Shown in pieces: positions 32,626-41,465 of a stretch of DNA of 64,000 nucleotides; position 1 is the stretch's first letter; each line of letters begins with the position of its first letter. The notes under the pieces were generated by a model. The model did no database searches. It was not told where the DNA came from and was given only the letters and a program-made list of their open reading frames with translations. Both the position numbers and the translations under genes were made by a program. The stretch is from the NCBI GenBank assembly GCA_965203965.1, contig CBDBDR010000017.1, positions 288,001 through 352,000 of the forward strand, in the 5' to 3' direction. Source of the stretch: Thermodesulfobacteriota bacterium (GTDB lineage Bacteria; Desulfobacterota_D; UBA1144; Nemesobacterales; JAJCZQ01).

Positions 32626-32743
32626 TGAATTGCTTTTATCAAGTAGTTTATAGTAAATTCTTTAGCAAGAAATATTTTTGTGTAATTGGGTATATAACCC
32701 CCCTTAATATACAATGTTAGTTCATTCAATCGTGTAAAGAGAT

Positions 32744-33760
32744 ATGAAAGTAGGTGTTACCGGAGCAACTGGTTTTATAGGTGGAAAATTATTAAGAAGA
32801 TTGCTGGGTGAAGGTCACGAGGTTAAATGTCTTGTAAGAGACCCGCAAAAAGCTAAATCTATTCAAGAACTTGGAGTAGAGTTATACGTAGGAGATTTAG
32901 CTGACCCAGAAAGTTTAGATGATTTTCCGCGGGATTGTGAATACGTCTACCATGTTGCCGCATTTGTATCTGACTGGGGCAGCAAACATGATTTTTATAA
33001 AAGCAACGTTCAAGCCACCAGATCCTTACTTGAGGCTTCTGAAAATCATAATGTGAAGAGGTTTATTTTCGTTAGTTCATCCACCGTTATCTGGAACGTG
33101 AGCTTCTGGAGAATGCACAATCTTGAAAACATAGATGAGACGTATCCATACCCACGAGAATACACTGACTCATATAACGAATCCAAAAGTATGGCAGAAA
33201 AGCTGGTGCTTTGTTTTCACCGTAAAAGCAAACTGGAAACGGTTGTAATAAGACCTTCAAATGTATGGGGGGCAGGTGATACAGTAATTTTGCCAAGAAT
33301 TATCAAGGTGGCAAAAAAGGGAGTTTTGATACCTATGGGTTCCAGAGAAAACATCATAACGCCCTGCCACGTTAATAATCTTATTGAGAGCCTTATTTCA
33401 GTAACAACAAGCGATAACGTGGCGGGAAAGATTTATTTCATCAATGACGGAAATAAAGTTAAATACTACGATTTTTTGCGGGATCAAATGAGTGCAGCCG
33501 GAATAAGTTGGGATCCCAAATACGCAATACCATATAAACTGGGATACCTTGTTGCCTTGCTCTTGGAGCTAACTTACAAGTCCATTCGTTCAAAAACCCC
33601 ACCCGTTCTGACAAGATTTGCCGTTGCGGCGCTATCTGGCACGCGGATCTACAGTATTTCAAATGCGGAGAGGGATTTCGGTTATAAAAGCGTTATTAGC
33701 TATTCGGAAGGAATGGAAAAACTCAGAGAATGGGTTGCCAATAAAGGTTTAGGAGATTAG
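32744..33760 (+). CDS. NAD-dependent epimerase/dehydratase (3-beta-HSD-like extended SDR)
   Basis: TGATGFIG, YNESK, RPSNVWG. Confidence 0.9.
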   Translation: MKVGVTGATGFIGGKLLRRLLGEGHEVKCLVRDPQKAKSIQELGVELYVGDLADPESLDDFPRDCEYVYHVAAFVSDWGSKHDFYKSNVQATRSLLEASENHNVKRFIFVSSSTVIWNVSFWRMHNLENIDETYPYPREYTDSYNESKSMAEKLVLCFHRKSKLETVVIRPSNVWGAGDTVILPRIIKVAKKGVLIPMGSRENIITPCHVNNLIESLISVTTSDNVAGKIYFINDGNKVKYYDFLRDQMSAAGISWDPKYAIPYKLGYLVALLLELTYKSIRSKTPPVLTRFAVAALSGTRIYSISNAERDFGYKSVISYSEGMEKLREWVANKGLGD

Positions 33761-34453
33761 GTGAGTAGAGACACTGCTGTCCGAGTGGGTGGATTGACCA
33801 AGTTTTACGGTTCCTCAAAGGTTTTGAACAATGTAGATTTGGAGTTGAAAAAGGGGGAATTTGCGACTTTTTTTGGTCCAAACGGTGCCGGTAAAACAAC
33901 TTTAATAAAGATACTCTCAACTTTGGTAAGCCCCGATAAAGGAGAGGTCTATATAAACGGATGCAATTTGAAAAAAGAGCCAAGGGAAATAAGAAAAGTG
34001 GTCGGGGTTGTTTCCCACGAGCATTTTTTGTATCACAACCTTACGGTGGCGGAAAACATGAGATTTTTTGGTGAACTTTACGGGATTTGCGATCTGTCTG
34101 AAAAAATAACCTTTAATCTTCAAAAATTAGGTATTTACTCTAAAAAGAAAGAGTTTGTGAGAAATCTTTCAAATGGAATGAAACAGAGGGTAGCAATAGC
34201 ACGGTCTGTACTGCATGAACCTCTGGTTTTATTATTTGACGAACCATTTGTGGGGTTGGATAAAGAGGGTATTTCTCTACTTATGGATATTTTTAAAGAA
34301 TTCAAGCAGGATAACAAAACCGTAATTATTACAACGCATAACGCAAGACTCGGGTTAAAAAACTGCGACACGGTTTTTATGTTAAATAAAGGCAGTGTGG
34401 AGTATACAAAACCCGCGAATGAAGTTGCAGTGGGTGATGTTGAAGGTAAATAA
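33761..34453 (+). CDS. ccmA: Heme exporter ATP-binding protein
   Basis: GPNGAGKTT, LSNGMKQR, DEPF; ccm operon context. Confidence 0.85.
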   Translation: MSRDTAVRVGGLTKFYGSSKVLNNVDLELKKGEFATFFGPNGAGKTTLIKILSTLVSPDKGEVYINGCNLKKEPREIRKVVGVVSHEHFLYHNLTVAENMRFFGELYGICDLSEKITFNLQKLGIYSKKKEFVRNLSNGMKQRVAIARSVLHEPLVLLFDEPFVGLDKEGISLLMDIFKEFKQDNKTVIITTHNARLGLKNCDTVFMLNKGSVEYTKPANEVAVGDVEGK

Positions 34454-34623
34454 TAGAGAAAGGTAGGGAGTAGCAAAGGATTGGCGATCAAGATTAATCC
34501 ATACCAAACAAGCGACCCAGAACGTGCTTTCAAATCTGCATTGCACTTTTAAAAATAAAAGCTAAATTAAATGTCATATATTTTACTTTAAACCCCTTTG
34601 TTTCTTTCACTTTTGTATAAAGC

Positions 34624-35295
34624 ATGAACAGTATTAAAACCATTCTATGGAAAGATGTTATATGCGAGTTGCGAACAAGAGAGATGCTTTTCTCAATGGG
34701 AGCATTCTCGGTTGTGATAACTGTGCTTTTTAGCTTCAGTCTGACGGTAACAAGAGAAAATGCCGTTTTTATTGTTCCTTCTCTGTTATGGGTATCAACG
34801 ATATTTGTTGGCACTTTAGGTTTGGGCAGAGCGTTTGCAATGGAAAAAGAAAACAGCGCCTTTACGGGTATTCTGTTAAGTCCTGTTGACAGGAGTTTGT
34901 TGTATTTTGCAAAAGTTTTAAGCAATTTTCTGTATGTTTTTATAATACAGCTACTTCTGACCTTATTCTTTGTTCTATTTTTCAATATGGAGATCAAGGG
35001 TAGCTTTTTGAACTTGCTTATTGCATTCATTCTTGGAGGTATAGGTTTTTCATCGCTGGGAACACTTTTTTCCACAATGTCCGTAAACACTCGTCTGAGA
35101 GAAGTAATTCTCCCAATTATACTATTTCCCTTGCTTCTTCCCCTTCTAGTGAATGCTATAAATATAACCTCAGTTGTATTAGCAGGCGGTGCTTTTGGCG
35201 AAGTGATCCCTTCTATAAAAATATTGATCTGTTTTGATATAATCTTTCTTGCTGCAAGTGCACTTGTTTATGAATACGTAGTGGAGGAAACATAG
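34624..35295 (+). CDS. ccmB: Heme exporter permease
   Basis: WKD...E.R, FAMEKEN, ILPIILFPLLLP. Confidence 0.9.
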   Translation: MNSIKTILWKDVICELRTREMLFSMGAFSVVITVLFSFSLTVTRENAVFIVPSLLWVSTIFVGTLGLGRAFAMEKENSAFTGILLSPVDRSLLYFAKVLSNFLYVFIIQLLLTLFFVLFFNMEIKGSFLNLLIAFILGGIGFSSLGTLFSTMSVNTRLREVILPIILFPLLLPLLVNAINITSVVLAGGAFGEVIPSIKILICFDIIFLAASALVYEYVVEET

Positions 35296-35300
35296 ATCAG

Positions 35301-35966
35301 ATGGTGAGAATAACTCTGTATATATTGGCTTTGATACTTATGCTCGCATCCACTTATGCGGCGTTTCTGTATGCTCCGACTGAATTAGTAATGGGAGATA
35401 TACAGAGAATATTCTATTTTCATCTTGGCTCGGTTTGGGTGGCAACAATTGCTTTTACGATCGTGTTTATCTCAAGCATTGCCTATTTGGTAAACAGGGA
35501 ACGGAAATGGGATATTATGGCTTATTCGTCTGCCGAAATAGGTGTTTTGTTTATCACAATAACGATAGTAACGGGGAGCATCTGGGCAAAGCCTATATGG
35601 GGCACTTGGTGGACGTGGGATCCTCAACTTACCGCGACTTTTATATTGTGGATACTATACGTTGTTTACCTGCTGATACGTGCAAATTCAGATTATGATG
35701 AAAAAAGGGCTAAATACTCAGCTGTTTTTGCCATTATTGCGTTCATAGACCTTCCTCTGGTTTATATATCAGCAAGGGTAATGAAAGGTATTTCCCCGGT
35801 TGTATTTGGTCCCGGAGGGGGTGGGATTGAACCTAAAATGATGCACACGCTCTTATTGACCTTGCTGGCTTTTACATTCTTATTTCTTGTTTTAATAGTA
35901 GAGCGGGTAAGAATAGAAAATATGAGATACAGAATTGACTTATTGCGTAACAAGGAGGTTTCGTAA
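35301..35966 (+). CDS. ccmC: Heme exporter / cytochrome c assembly protein
   Basis: RIFYFH; WAKPIWGTWWTWDP WWD motif. Confidence 0.93.
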   Translation: MVRITLYILALILMLASTYAAFLYAPTELVMGDIQRIFYFHLGSVWVATIAFTIVFISSIAYLVNRERKWDIMAYSSAEIGVLFITITIVTGSIWAKPIWGTWWTWDPQLTATFILWILYVVYLLIRANSDYDEKRAKYSAVFAIIAFIDLPLVYISARVMKGISPVVFGPGGGGIEPKMMHTLLLTLLAFTFLFLVLIVERVRIENMRYRIDLLRNKEVS

Positions 35967-36082
35967 TGGCATATCTTTTCTGGGGTCATGTAATAACTTG
36001 GATAATGGTAATTTTTTACGTGGTTTATTTGAAAATTAAGACAAAAAAACTTGAGCGTGAATTAGAAGATATTCAGGGATGA
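35966..36082 (+). CDS. ccmD: CcmD family protein (38 aa)
   Basis: MAYLFWGHVITWIMVIFYVVYLKIKTKKLERELEDIQG; AGGAGG RBS; TAATG overlap; between ccmC and ccmE. Confidence 0.85.
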   Translation: MAYLFWGHVITWIMVIFYVVYLKIKTKKLERELEDIQG

Positions 36083-36094
36083 CAATATAAAGTA

Positions 36095-36514
36095 ATGTTA
36101 AAGAACCAGTTGAAATTTATTGTTGCGATCGTGATCATAGTGGGTGCTTTAAGCTACCTTGTATTTGCAGGCGTCAAGGAAACTATGGTTTATTACCTGA
36201 CCGTAAGCGAGCTTGAATCAAAAACCCCTTCTATTTACGGTACAAGGGTAAGGGTTTCCGGTGTGGTAGTTCCGAACACGATTGAAAAGGGGATAGACGG
36301 CAGCATCAAGTTCCAGATAGCCGGTGGTAACCGTAGCATCAACGTTTTTTACGACGGTATAATTCCGGACATTTTTAGAGATGAAGTTGAGGCGGTTGTG
36401 GAAGGGAAATATTTCAGCAACGGGGAGTTTCAAGCGGACGTGCTTCTGGCAAAATGCCCGACAAAGTATGAGTCGGACGATCAGTTTTACGATCCGAGCA
36501 GGAAAAGCAACTGA
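36095..36514 (+). CDS. ccmE: Heme chaperone, CxxxY variant
   Basis: RVRVSGVV, PDIF, VVEG, LAKCPTKY. Confidence 0.93.
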   Translation: MLKNQLKFIVAIVIIVGALSYLVFAGVKETMVYYLTVSELESKTPSIYGTRVRVSGVVVPNTIEKGIDGSIKFQIAGGNRSINVFYDGIIPDIFRDEVEAVVEGKYFSNGEFQADVLLAKCPTKYESDDQFYDPSRKSN

Positions 36515-38490
36515 TGTGGCAAATAGGCAATGCCGCCCTTTATTTTGCTTTTTTCCTTTCTCTTTACACTGTTGTAGCATCACTTATAGGTATTCGGTTT
36601 AAGAACGGTAATATAATTGAAAGTGGCAAGAACTCCGCCTTATCAATTTTTATCCTCCTTTTTATATCCTGCGGTGCGCTTGTCTATGAACTGATAGATC
36701 TAAATTTTTCATTAAGATACGTTGTTCTGAATACAAGCACGGATCTCCCGATAATATACAGATTTACGGCACTCTGGGCAGGTCAGGCAGGCTCGCTTTT
36801 ACTCTGGGGATTTATTCTATCGGCTTATTCGGCTATAGCTGTTTTTAAGTTTGGCAAAAGAGGCTCGCTGTTTAATTCCCACTTTGCCGTGGTGGCATTT
36901 TCTATCCTCGCGTTCTTTTTATATTTGGTCACCTTTGTTGAAAATCCTTTTCAAAAAGCTCCTTTCACTCTTGATGAAGGAAGGGGACTTAATCCCATAT
37001 TGCAGAACGGCTATATGGCTATTCATCCAGTTACCCTTTATCTGGGTTACGTTGGATTAACAATTCCTTTTGCTTTTGGTATGGCAGCTCTAATGAGCGG
37101 AAAACTTGATGATACGTGGATAAGGAACTCAAGAAAGTGGACACTTTTTGCTTGGACGTTTCTCAGCATTGGTCTGGTACTTGGTGCAAGATGGGCATAT
37201 CTTGAACTTGGATGGGGAGGTTACTGGGCGTGGGATCCCGTTGAGAATGCAGCTTTTATGCCGTGGTTATCCGCAACTGCTTTCCTGCACTCCGTTATGA
37301 TACAGGAGAGAAGGGGAATGCTGAAGAAGTGGAACATGGTATTGCTTATAATTACGTTTTTTTTGACCTTGTTTGGAACTTTTATTACACGGAGCGGTAT
37401 AATCTCGTCAGTTCATTCCTTTGCACAGTCTGATATAGGTCTCCCGTTTCTTTGCTTTATAGCATTTGTGCTTATTTTTTCATTTGCAGCTTTTACCTAC
37501 AGACTGAAAGACCTTGATAGTGAAGAGAGTTTTGACTCTATTCTTTCAAGAGAAAGTGCCTTTATATTCAACAACCTTCTGTTTCTCGGTGCTGCTTTTA
37601 CGGTGTTTATTGGAACTCTGTTCCCAATTATTTCTGAGGCATTGGCAGGGGAGAAGATCCTTGTGGGGCCACCATACTTCAACAAGGTCAACGTGCCAAT
37701 AGGACTTGTTCTCATATTCTTAATGGGAATTGGTCCGCTTATCCCTTGGAGGAAAGCATCATCGGATAGCTTGAAGAAAAACTTCTTGTTGCCGATCATA
37801 GCAGGAGTGTCAACGGGTGTGATCTTGTTTGTTTTAAATATTAGGGACGTGGTTGCGTTGGCTACGTTCAGTATTTGTGGTTTTGTTGTTTGCACCGTTG
37901 TGGTTGAGTTTTATAAAGGAGTTTCGGTAAGAATGAGCAGAAAAGAGAACGTGTTTACCGCATTTACAAAGCTGATCTCTAAAAATAAAAGAAGGTATGG
38001 AGGATATATAGTGCATATTGGTATTGTCTTGATAGTGATAGGCATAACCTCATCATCAACCTTCAACGAGGAAAGGAAAGTAATTTTAAGCATAGATGAG
38101 AAGACTGAAGTCGGAAAGTATGAGTTGCAGTTCAAAGGTATTGAGACTTATAATAACGATGCAAAAAATGGCACAAGGGCAAATCTGGAACTAAGCCATG
38201 GAGGTAACAGGATTGGAATGCTTTACCCTGAAAAAAATATCTACAAATATGAAGGTAACAGGGAAATAAATCAGGAAACTGAAGTTGCACTGCGGTCAAC
38301 GCTCACCGATGACCTTTATGTAATACTGTCTGATGTCAACAACGATGGCAGCGTAACTATACGTGTTTTTATAAACCCGATGGTAAGTTGGATATGGGCT
38401 GGTGGAATGGTCGTGTTACTTGGTGCGATCACGACAATGCTTCCCGGCTTAAAAAGGAAAAGGGGAAATGTCTTGAAGCAGGGTGCTTGA
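36514..38490 (+). CDS. ccmF: Heme lyase CcmF
   Basis: WAGQAGSLLLW, GLNPILQ, WGGYWAWDPVEN, SVHSF. Confidence 0.96.
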   Translation: MWQIGNAALYFAFFLSLYTVVASLIGIRFKNGNIIESGKNSALSIFILLFISCGALVYELIDLNFSLRYVVLNTSTDLPIIYRFTALWAGQAGSLLLWGFILSAYSAIAVFKFGKRGSLFNSHFAVVAFSILAFFLYLVTFVENPFQKAPFTLDEGRGLNPILQNGYMAIHPVTLYLGYVGLTIPFAFGMAALMSGKLDDTWIRNSRKWTLFAWTFLSIGLVLGARWAYLELGWGGYWAWDPVENAAFMPWLSATAFLHSVMIQERRGMLKKWNMVLLIITFFLTLFGTFITRSGIISSVHSFAQSDIGLPFLCFIAFVLIFSFAAFTYRLKDLDSEESFDSILSRESAFIFNNLLFLGAAFTVFIGTLFPIISEALAGEKILVGPPYFNKVNVPIGLVLIFLMGIGPLIPWRKASSDSLKKNFLLPIIAGVSTGVILFVLNIRDVVALATFSICGFVVCTVVVEFYKGVSVRMSRKENVFTAFTKLISKNKRRYGGYIVHIGIVLIVIGITSSSTFNEERKVILSIDEKTEVGKYELQFKGIETYNNDAKNGTRANLELSHGGNRIGMLYPEKNIYKYEGNREINQETEVALRSTLTDDLYVILSDVNNDGSVTIRVFINPMVSWIWAGGMVVLLGAITTMLPGLKRKRGNVLKQGA

Positions 38491-38519
38491 ACGCAGGGTG
38501 TTTAAACAAAGGGGGCTTT

Positions 38520-38813
38520 ATGTATACGATCGTAATATCGCTGATGTCCATTGTGATTTCACTTTACGTTATCCTACCTCTTGTAAGGGGTGGTATTTCA
38601 CGCAGAGAAGATATATCGGTGGATGGTAAAGATAGTAAAAGGCTTTCCGAGTTGTTGAATAAAAAGGAAGTTATCATGAATGAGATCGCAGACGTTGATT
38701 TTGATCATGGACTGGGCAAGTTGAACCACGGAGACTACAAAGAAATAAAAAGTAGATATATGCAAAAGGCAGCAGAGATATTAAAGCAGATTGAAAAGAT
38801 CAAAAAAGTGTAA
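38520..38813 (+). CDS. Small CcmI N-terminal-like membrane protein
   Basis: N-terminal TM helix then EIADVDFDHGLGKL..DY; ATG 38520 preferred. Confidence 0.65.
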   Translation: MYTIVISLMSIVISLYVILPLVRGGISRREDISVDGKDSKRLSELLNKKEVIMNEIADVDFDHGLGKLNHGDYKEIKSRYMQKAAEILKQIEKIKKV

Positions 38814-38857
38814 TTTCACATAGAAATTAAACCCCGGTTCAATTTGAACTGAACATA

Positions 38858-40117
38858 ATGACAAAAAAAATATTCATAAACGGTATTCTGCTCTTACTTG
38901 CTTCATTTTTGCCTGTAAATGCCTATGCAGATGAATTGAGCGGCAAAAAGTTATTTGAGGAGAGACGTTGTTCAAGGTGTCACACTATAGGCAAGGGAAT
39001 ATTCGTTGGTCCAGACCTATATGGTGTAAGCGATAGATACAGTGAACAGGAGATCATGGACTGGATCACTGGGCCGGAGACAATTTACCAAAAATTTGGT
39101 AGATCACCTGTAAACAAAGGTTACCCACCTATGCCCAATTTGAATGTCTCGGTGGATGAGGCATCTAAAATAACCGAGTTTTTAATTGGCAATCAAATCG
39201 AGAAAGACAATAAAACGAGTGGAACGATAAAGGGCAAAGTCATCAATAAAACAGTGGGTGGGGGAGTTGAGGGTGTTGATGTGTATCTCAGGTTGTTCAT
39301 GGGCGATAGGAAAATGGACGAAAAGCTGTCTATTTCCGACAAAACAGGCGGGTTCATATTTGAAAACCTACCTTGGAACAGAAGCTACGGCATAGTAATA
39401 AGATCGGATGGCATTGAATACGAGACTGCAAGAATGGTTTTTCCATCGGACAAGACAGTGATTGACCTTGATCTACCGATCTTTAATGCAGGAAATGATG
39501 ATTCAAATATAGTAATAAATGTCAATCATTACGTTATGGATATTGAAGATGAACATATTGCCGTTGCCGAGATATATGAGTTTGAGAATGCAGGCGATAC
39601 CATTTTCACGGGATTGAAGCAGGATCAACGAGACGACTTCAAAGGGACAATTAAGTTAAACGTGCCGAAAGAGGCAGAAGATCTGGCATTCAGGGAAGGT
39701 ATCAGCCAAGAAAATTCCGTAAGAAAGGGTGAAGTGGTCTATGATACTGCCAGTTTTTCTCCAGGGAACAAAAGGTTAGTGTTTACCTATAAGCTGCCTT
39801 TGAAACTTGGAAGGAATCAGATGAAAAAAACCTTTTACTATGATACAAGGTCTGCAGTTGTATTGGTGTCTGGATCAGAGAAAGTGCAAATAAGTGGTAT
39901 GGAAGAGATGAAACCTATTTCATTCGGTGATCAGACCTACCGTAGATGGTTTATCAGGGATATAAAACCAAGAGAAAACAACATAACAATAAGTTACTTC
40001 AACACCCACCTGCAATTTAAGAGAGTAGAGCTTTATCCAGTGATAATATTTGCACTCATAATTCTGTTGTTCTATCTATTCAGCCTGAGAGGTAAGAGGA
40101 AAAAGACGGACATATAA
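38858..40117 (+). CDS. c-type cytochrome with carboxypeptidase-regulatory-like domain and C-terminal TM
   Basis: Signal peptide, CSRCH, GPDL, PPMP axial Met, GTIKGKVIN. Confidence 0.8.
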   Translation: MTKKIFINGILLLLASFLPVNAYADELSGKKLFEERRCSRCHTIGKGIFVGPDLYGVSDRYSEQEIMDWITGPETIYQKFGRSPVNKGYPPMPNLNVSVDEASKITEFLIGNQIEKDNKTSGTIKGKVINKTVGGGVEGVDVYLRLFMGDRKMDEKLSISDKTGGFIFENLPWNRSYGIVIRSDGIEYETARMVFPSDKTVIDLDLPIFNAGNDDSNIVINVNHYVMDIEDEHIAVAEIYEFENAGDTIFTGLKQDQRDDFKGTIKLNVPKEAEDLAFREGISQENSVRKGEVVYDTASFSPGNKRLVFTYKLPLKLGRNQMKKTFYYDTRSAVVLVSGSEKVQISGMEEMKPISFGDQTYRRWFIRDIKPRENNITISYFNTHLQFKRVELYPVIIFALIILLFYLFSLRGKRKKTDI

Positions 40118-40151
40118 CGAAGGAAAGACTTTTTACGCTCAGTTTATTGTG

Positions 40152-40877
40152 TTAAATATCCCCGAGGCAGAATTGAATTATGGAAACAGAGGCTATTGAT
40201 GCCGTTTCAGTCCTTAATGTTCTTGGACCCAGACTGACTATTTTTATCCCCTGATCTTCTGACGCTTTTATCTCATCTTTTGAAAAACCACCTTCCGGTC
40301 CAATTATTAAACTTACAGTTGTGATCTTTTTATCAAAAGATCCCAGAACTTTTTTCAGTTCAATATCACCGTTTTGTTTATCAAAAAGCAGGTTTAAGGC
40401 TTTTCTCGGCAGGTTATTGATAGTATCATCGTAACTTTTTGGTTCATTGATCTTGACTGGCAAACCTCTTCCTGACTGCTTGCATGATTCCATTGCGATC
40501 TTTATCCATCTTTTCATTTTATCCGTATGGCGGACAACCGTTCTTTCCGTGTATATCGGGGTAATGGATTTTACTCCAAGTTCACAACATTTCTGAACTA
40601 TAATATCCATTTTGTTTCCTTTGATAATGGATTGAAACAAGTTGATATCCAAGTTGGATTCATTCTCTAATTTGAAAGAGTTATAAATTTCAACAGTTAA
40701 TTTTTTACTTAAAATAATTTTGATAATTGCCTGATATATAATGGAATTTTCATCAAATAATTCTATTTTCTGTCCTTCTTTAAACCTCAATACTTTTACA
40801 ATGTGTCTATGGTTCTCTCCTGAGAGATCTACCAGTTTTCCCTTCACTTGTTTGCTTGATACTAAAAATTTAGGCAT
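40152..40877 (-). CDS. rsmE: 16S rRNA m3U1498 methyltransferase
   Basis: HIVKVLR, ELGV, IGPEGGFS, LGPRTLRTETA. Confidence 0.95.
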   Translation of the reverse strand: MPKFLVSSKQVKGKLVDLSGENHRHIVKVLRFKEGQKIELFDENSIIYQAIIKIILSKKLTVEIYNSFKLENESNLDINLFQSIIKGNKMDIIVQKCCELGVKSITPIYTERTVVRHTDKMKRWIKIAMESCKQSGRGLPVKINEPKSYDDTINNLPRKALNLLFDKQNGDIELKKVLGSFDKKITTVSLIIGPEGGFSKDEIKASEDQGIKIVSLGPRTLRTETASIASVSIIQFCLGDI

Positions 40878-40991
40878 CTGGAATTTAGAGCATTTTAACT
40901 TTTGATACTGTAGTTAAAGCTGTTTGTTAGTATTACTTTAACTATTTTTCTTATTGTTTTAACTCATCAGAAAAAATTCGTGAGGAAAATT

Positions 40992-41287
40992 CCCCTCCTA
41001 TGGAGGGGTGGCAGGCAGAGCCTGACGGGGTGGTATAAGAAAACAACACAAGCACTATGTTGAGTTTTTTGGAGGTAGTGGGCAGTGTTGCTCAACAAAT
41101 TTTTGAACATTTTCAATAGATGCCGGTGTATTTCTGTTCTCTTTGTCTTCTTAAATTTGTTTGCCATTTTGTATTGTGGAGTGTCTAAGGATATTTAAGA
41201 ATGTTTAAAGTAGTATTAAAAATGTCTAGTTTCTAAAAACTACCCTGTCATTTCCTGACGGGGTGGTAAGAGAGAAACAACACAAGC
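40992..41287 (+). repeat. REP-like palindrome plus about 34-bp imperfect direct repeat (41021-41054 and 41254-41287)
   Basis: cccctcc-tat-ggagggg hairpin; cctgacggggtggta..aga.aaacaacacaagca occurs twice. Confidence 0.7.
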
Positions 41288-41300
41288 AGAATATCTACAA

Positions 41301-41358
41301 ATTGACACTTTAAATGGGGTTTAAACGGCATTTAAACAGCATTTAAATATAGTTTAAC
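41301..41358 (+). promoter_or_regulatory. TTGACA followed by five TTTAA(A/C) boxes at 11-bp spacing
   Basis: Boxes at 41309, 41320, 41331, 41342 and 41353; related copy at 20-66. Confidence 0.6.
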
Positions 41359-41465
41359 TCAATAGTTGATTTTTAAGTTTTTGATCTAAAATTTATAATA
41401 ATATCAGTAAATAAAGAACATAAGTTATAGTTATTTATTCATTTTTACTTTCAAGCCATTGAGGT

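Larger units (their letters stand above)
31105..32702 (-). mobile_element. Internally deleted IS1595-family element with passenger genes
   Basis: 26-bp IRs gggggttatatacctacttacccgaa and gggggttatatacccaattacacaaa (4 mismatches); contains a transposase C-terminal remnant; no TSD seen. Confidence 0.85.

Noticed and set aside
32626..32729. N-terminal part of the 133-aa transposase ORF
   Set aside because: It crosses the terminal IR into flanking DNA; fortuitous extension
38388..38519. Cys-rich N-terminal extension (AGCLNAGCLN)
   Set aside because: It overlaps ccmF and arises from a short tandem duplication; the real start is probably ATG 38520
40967..41167. 66-aa minus-strand ORF
   Set aside because: Runs through REP-like palindromes and has no recognisable motif
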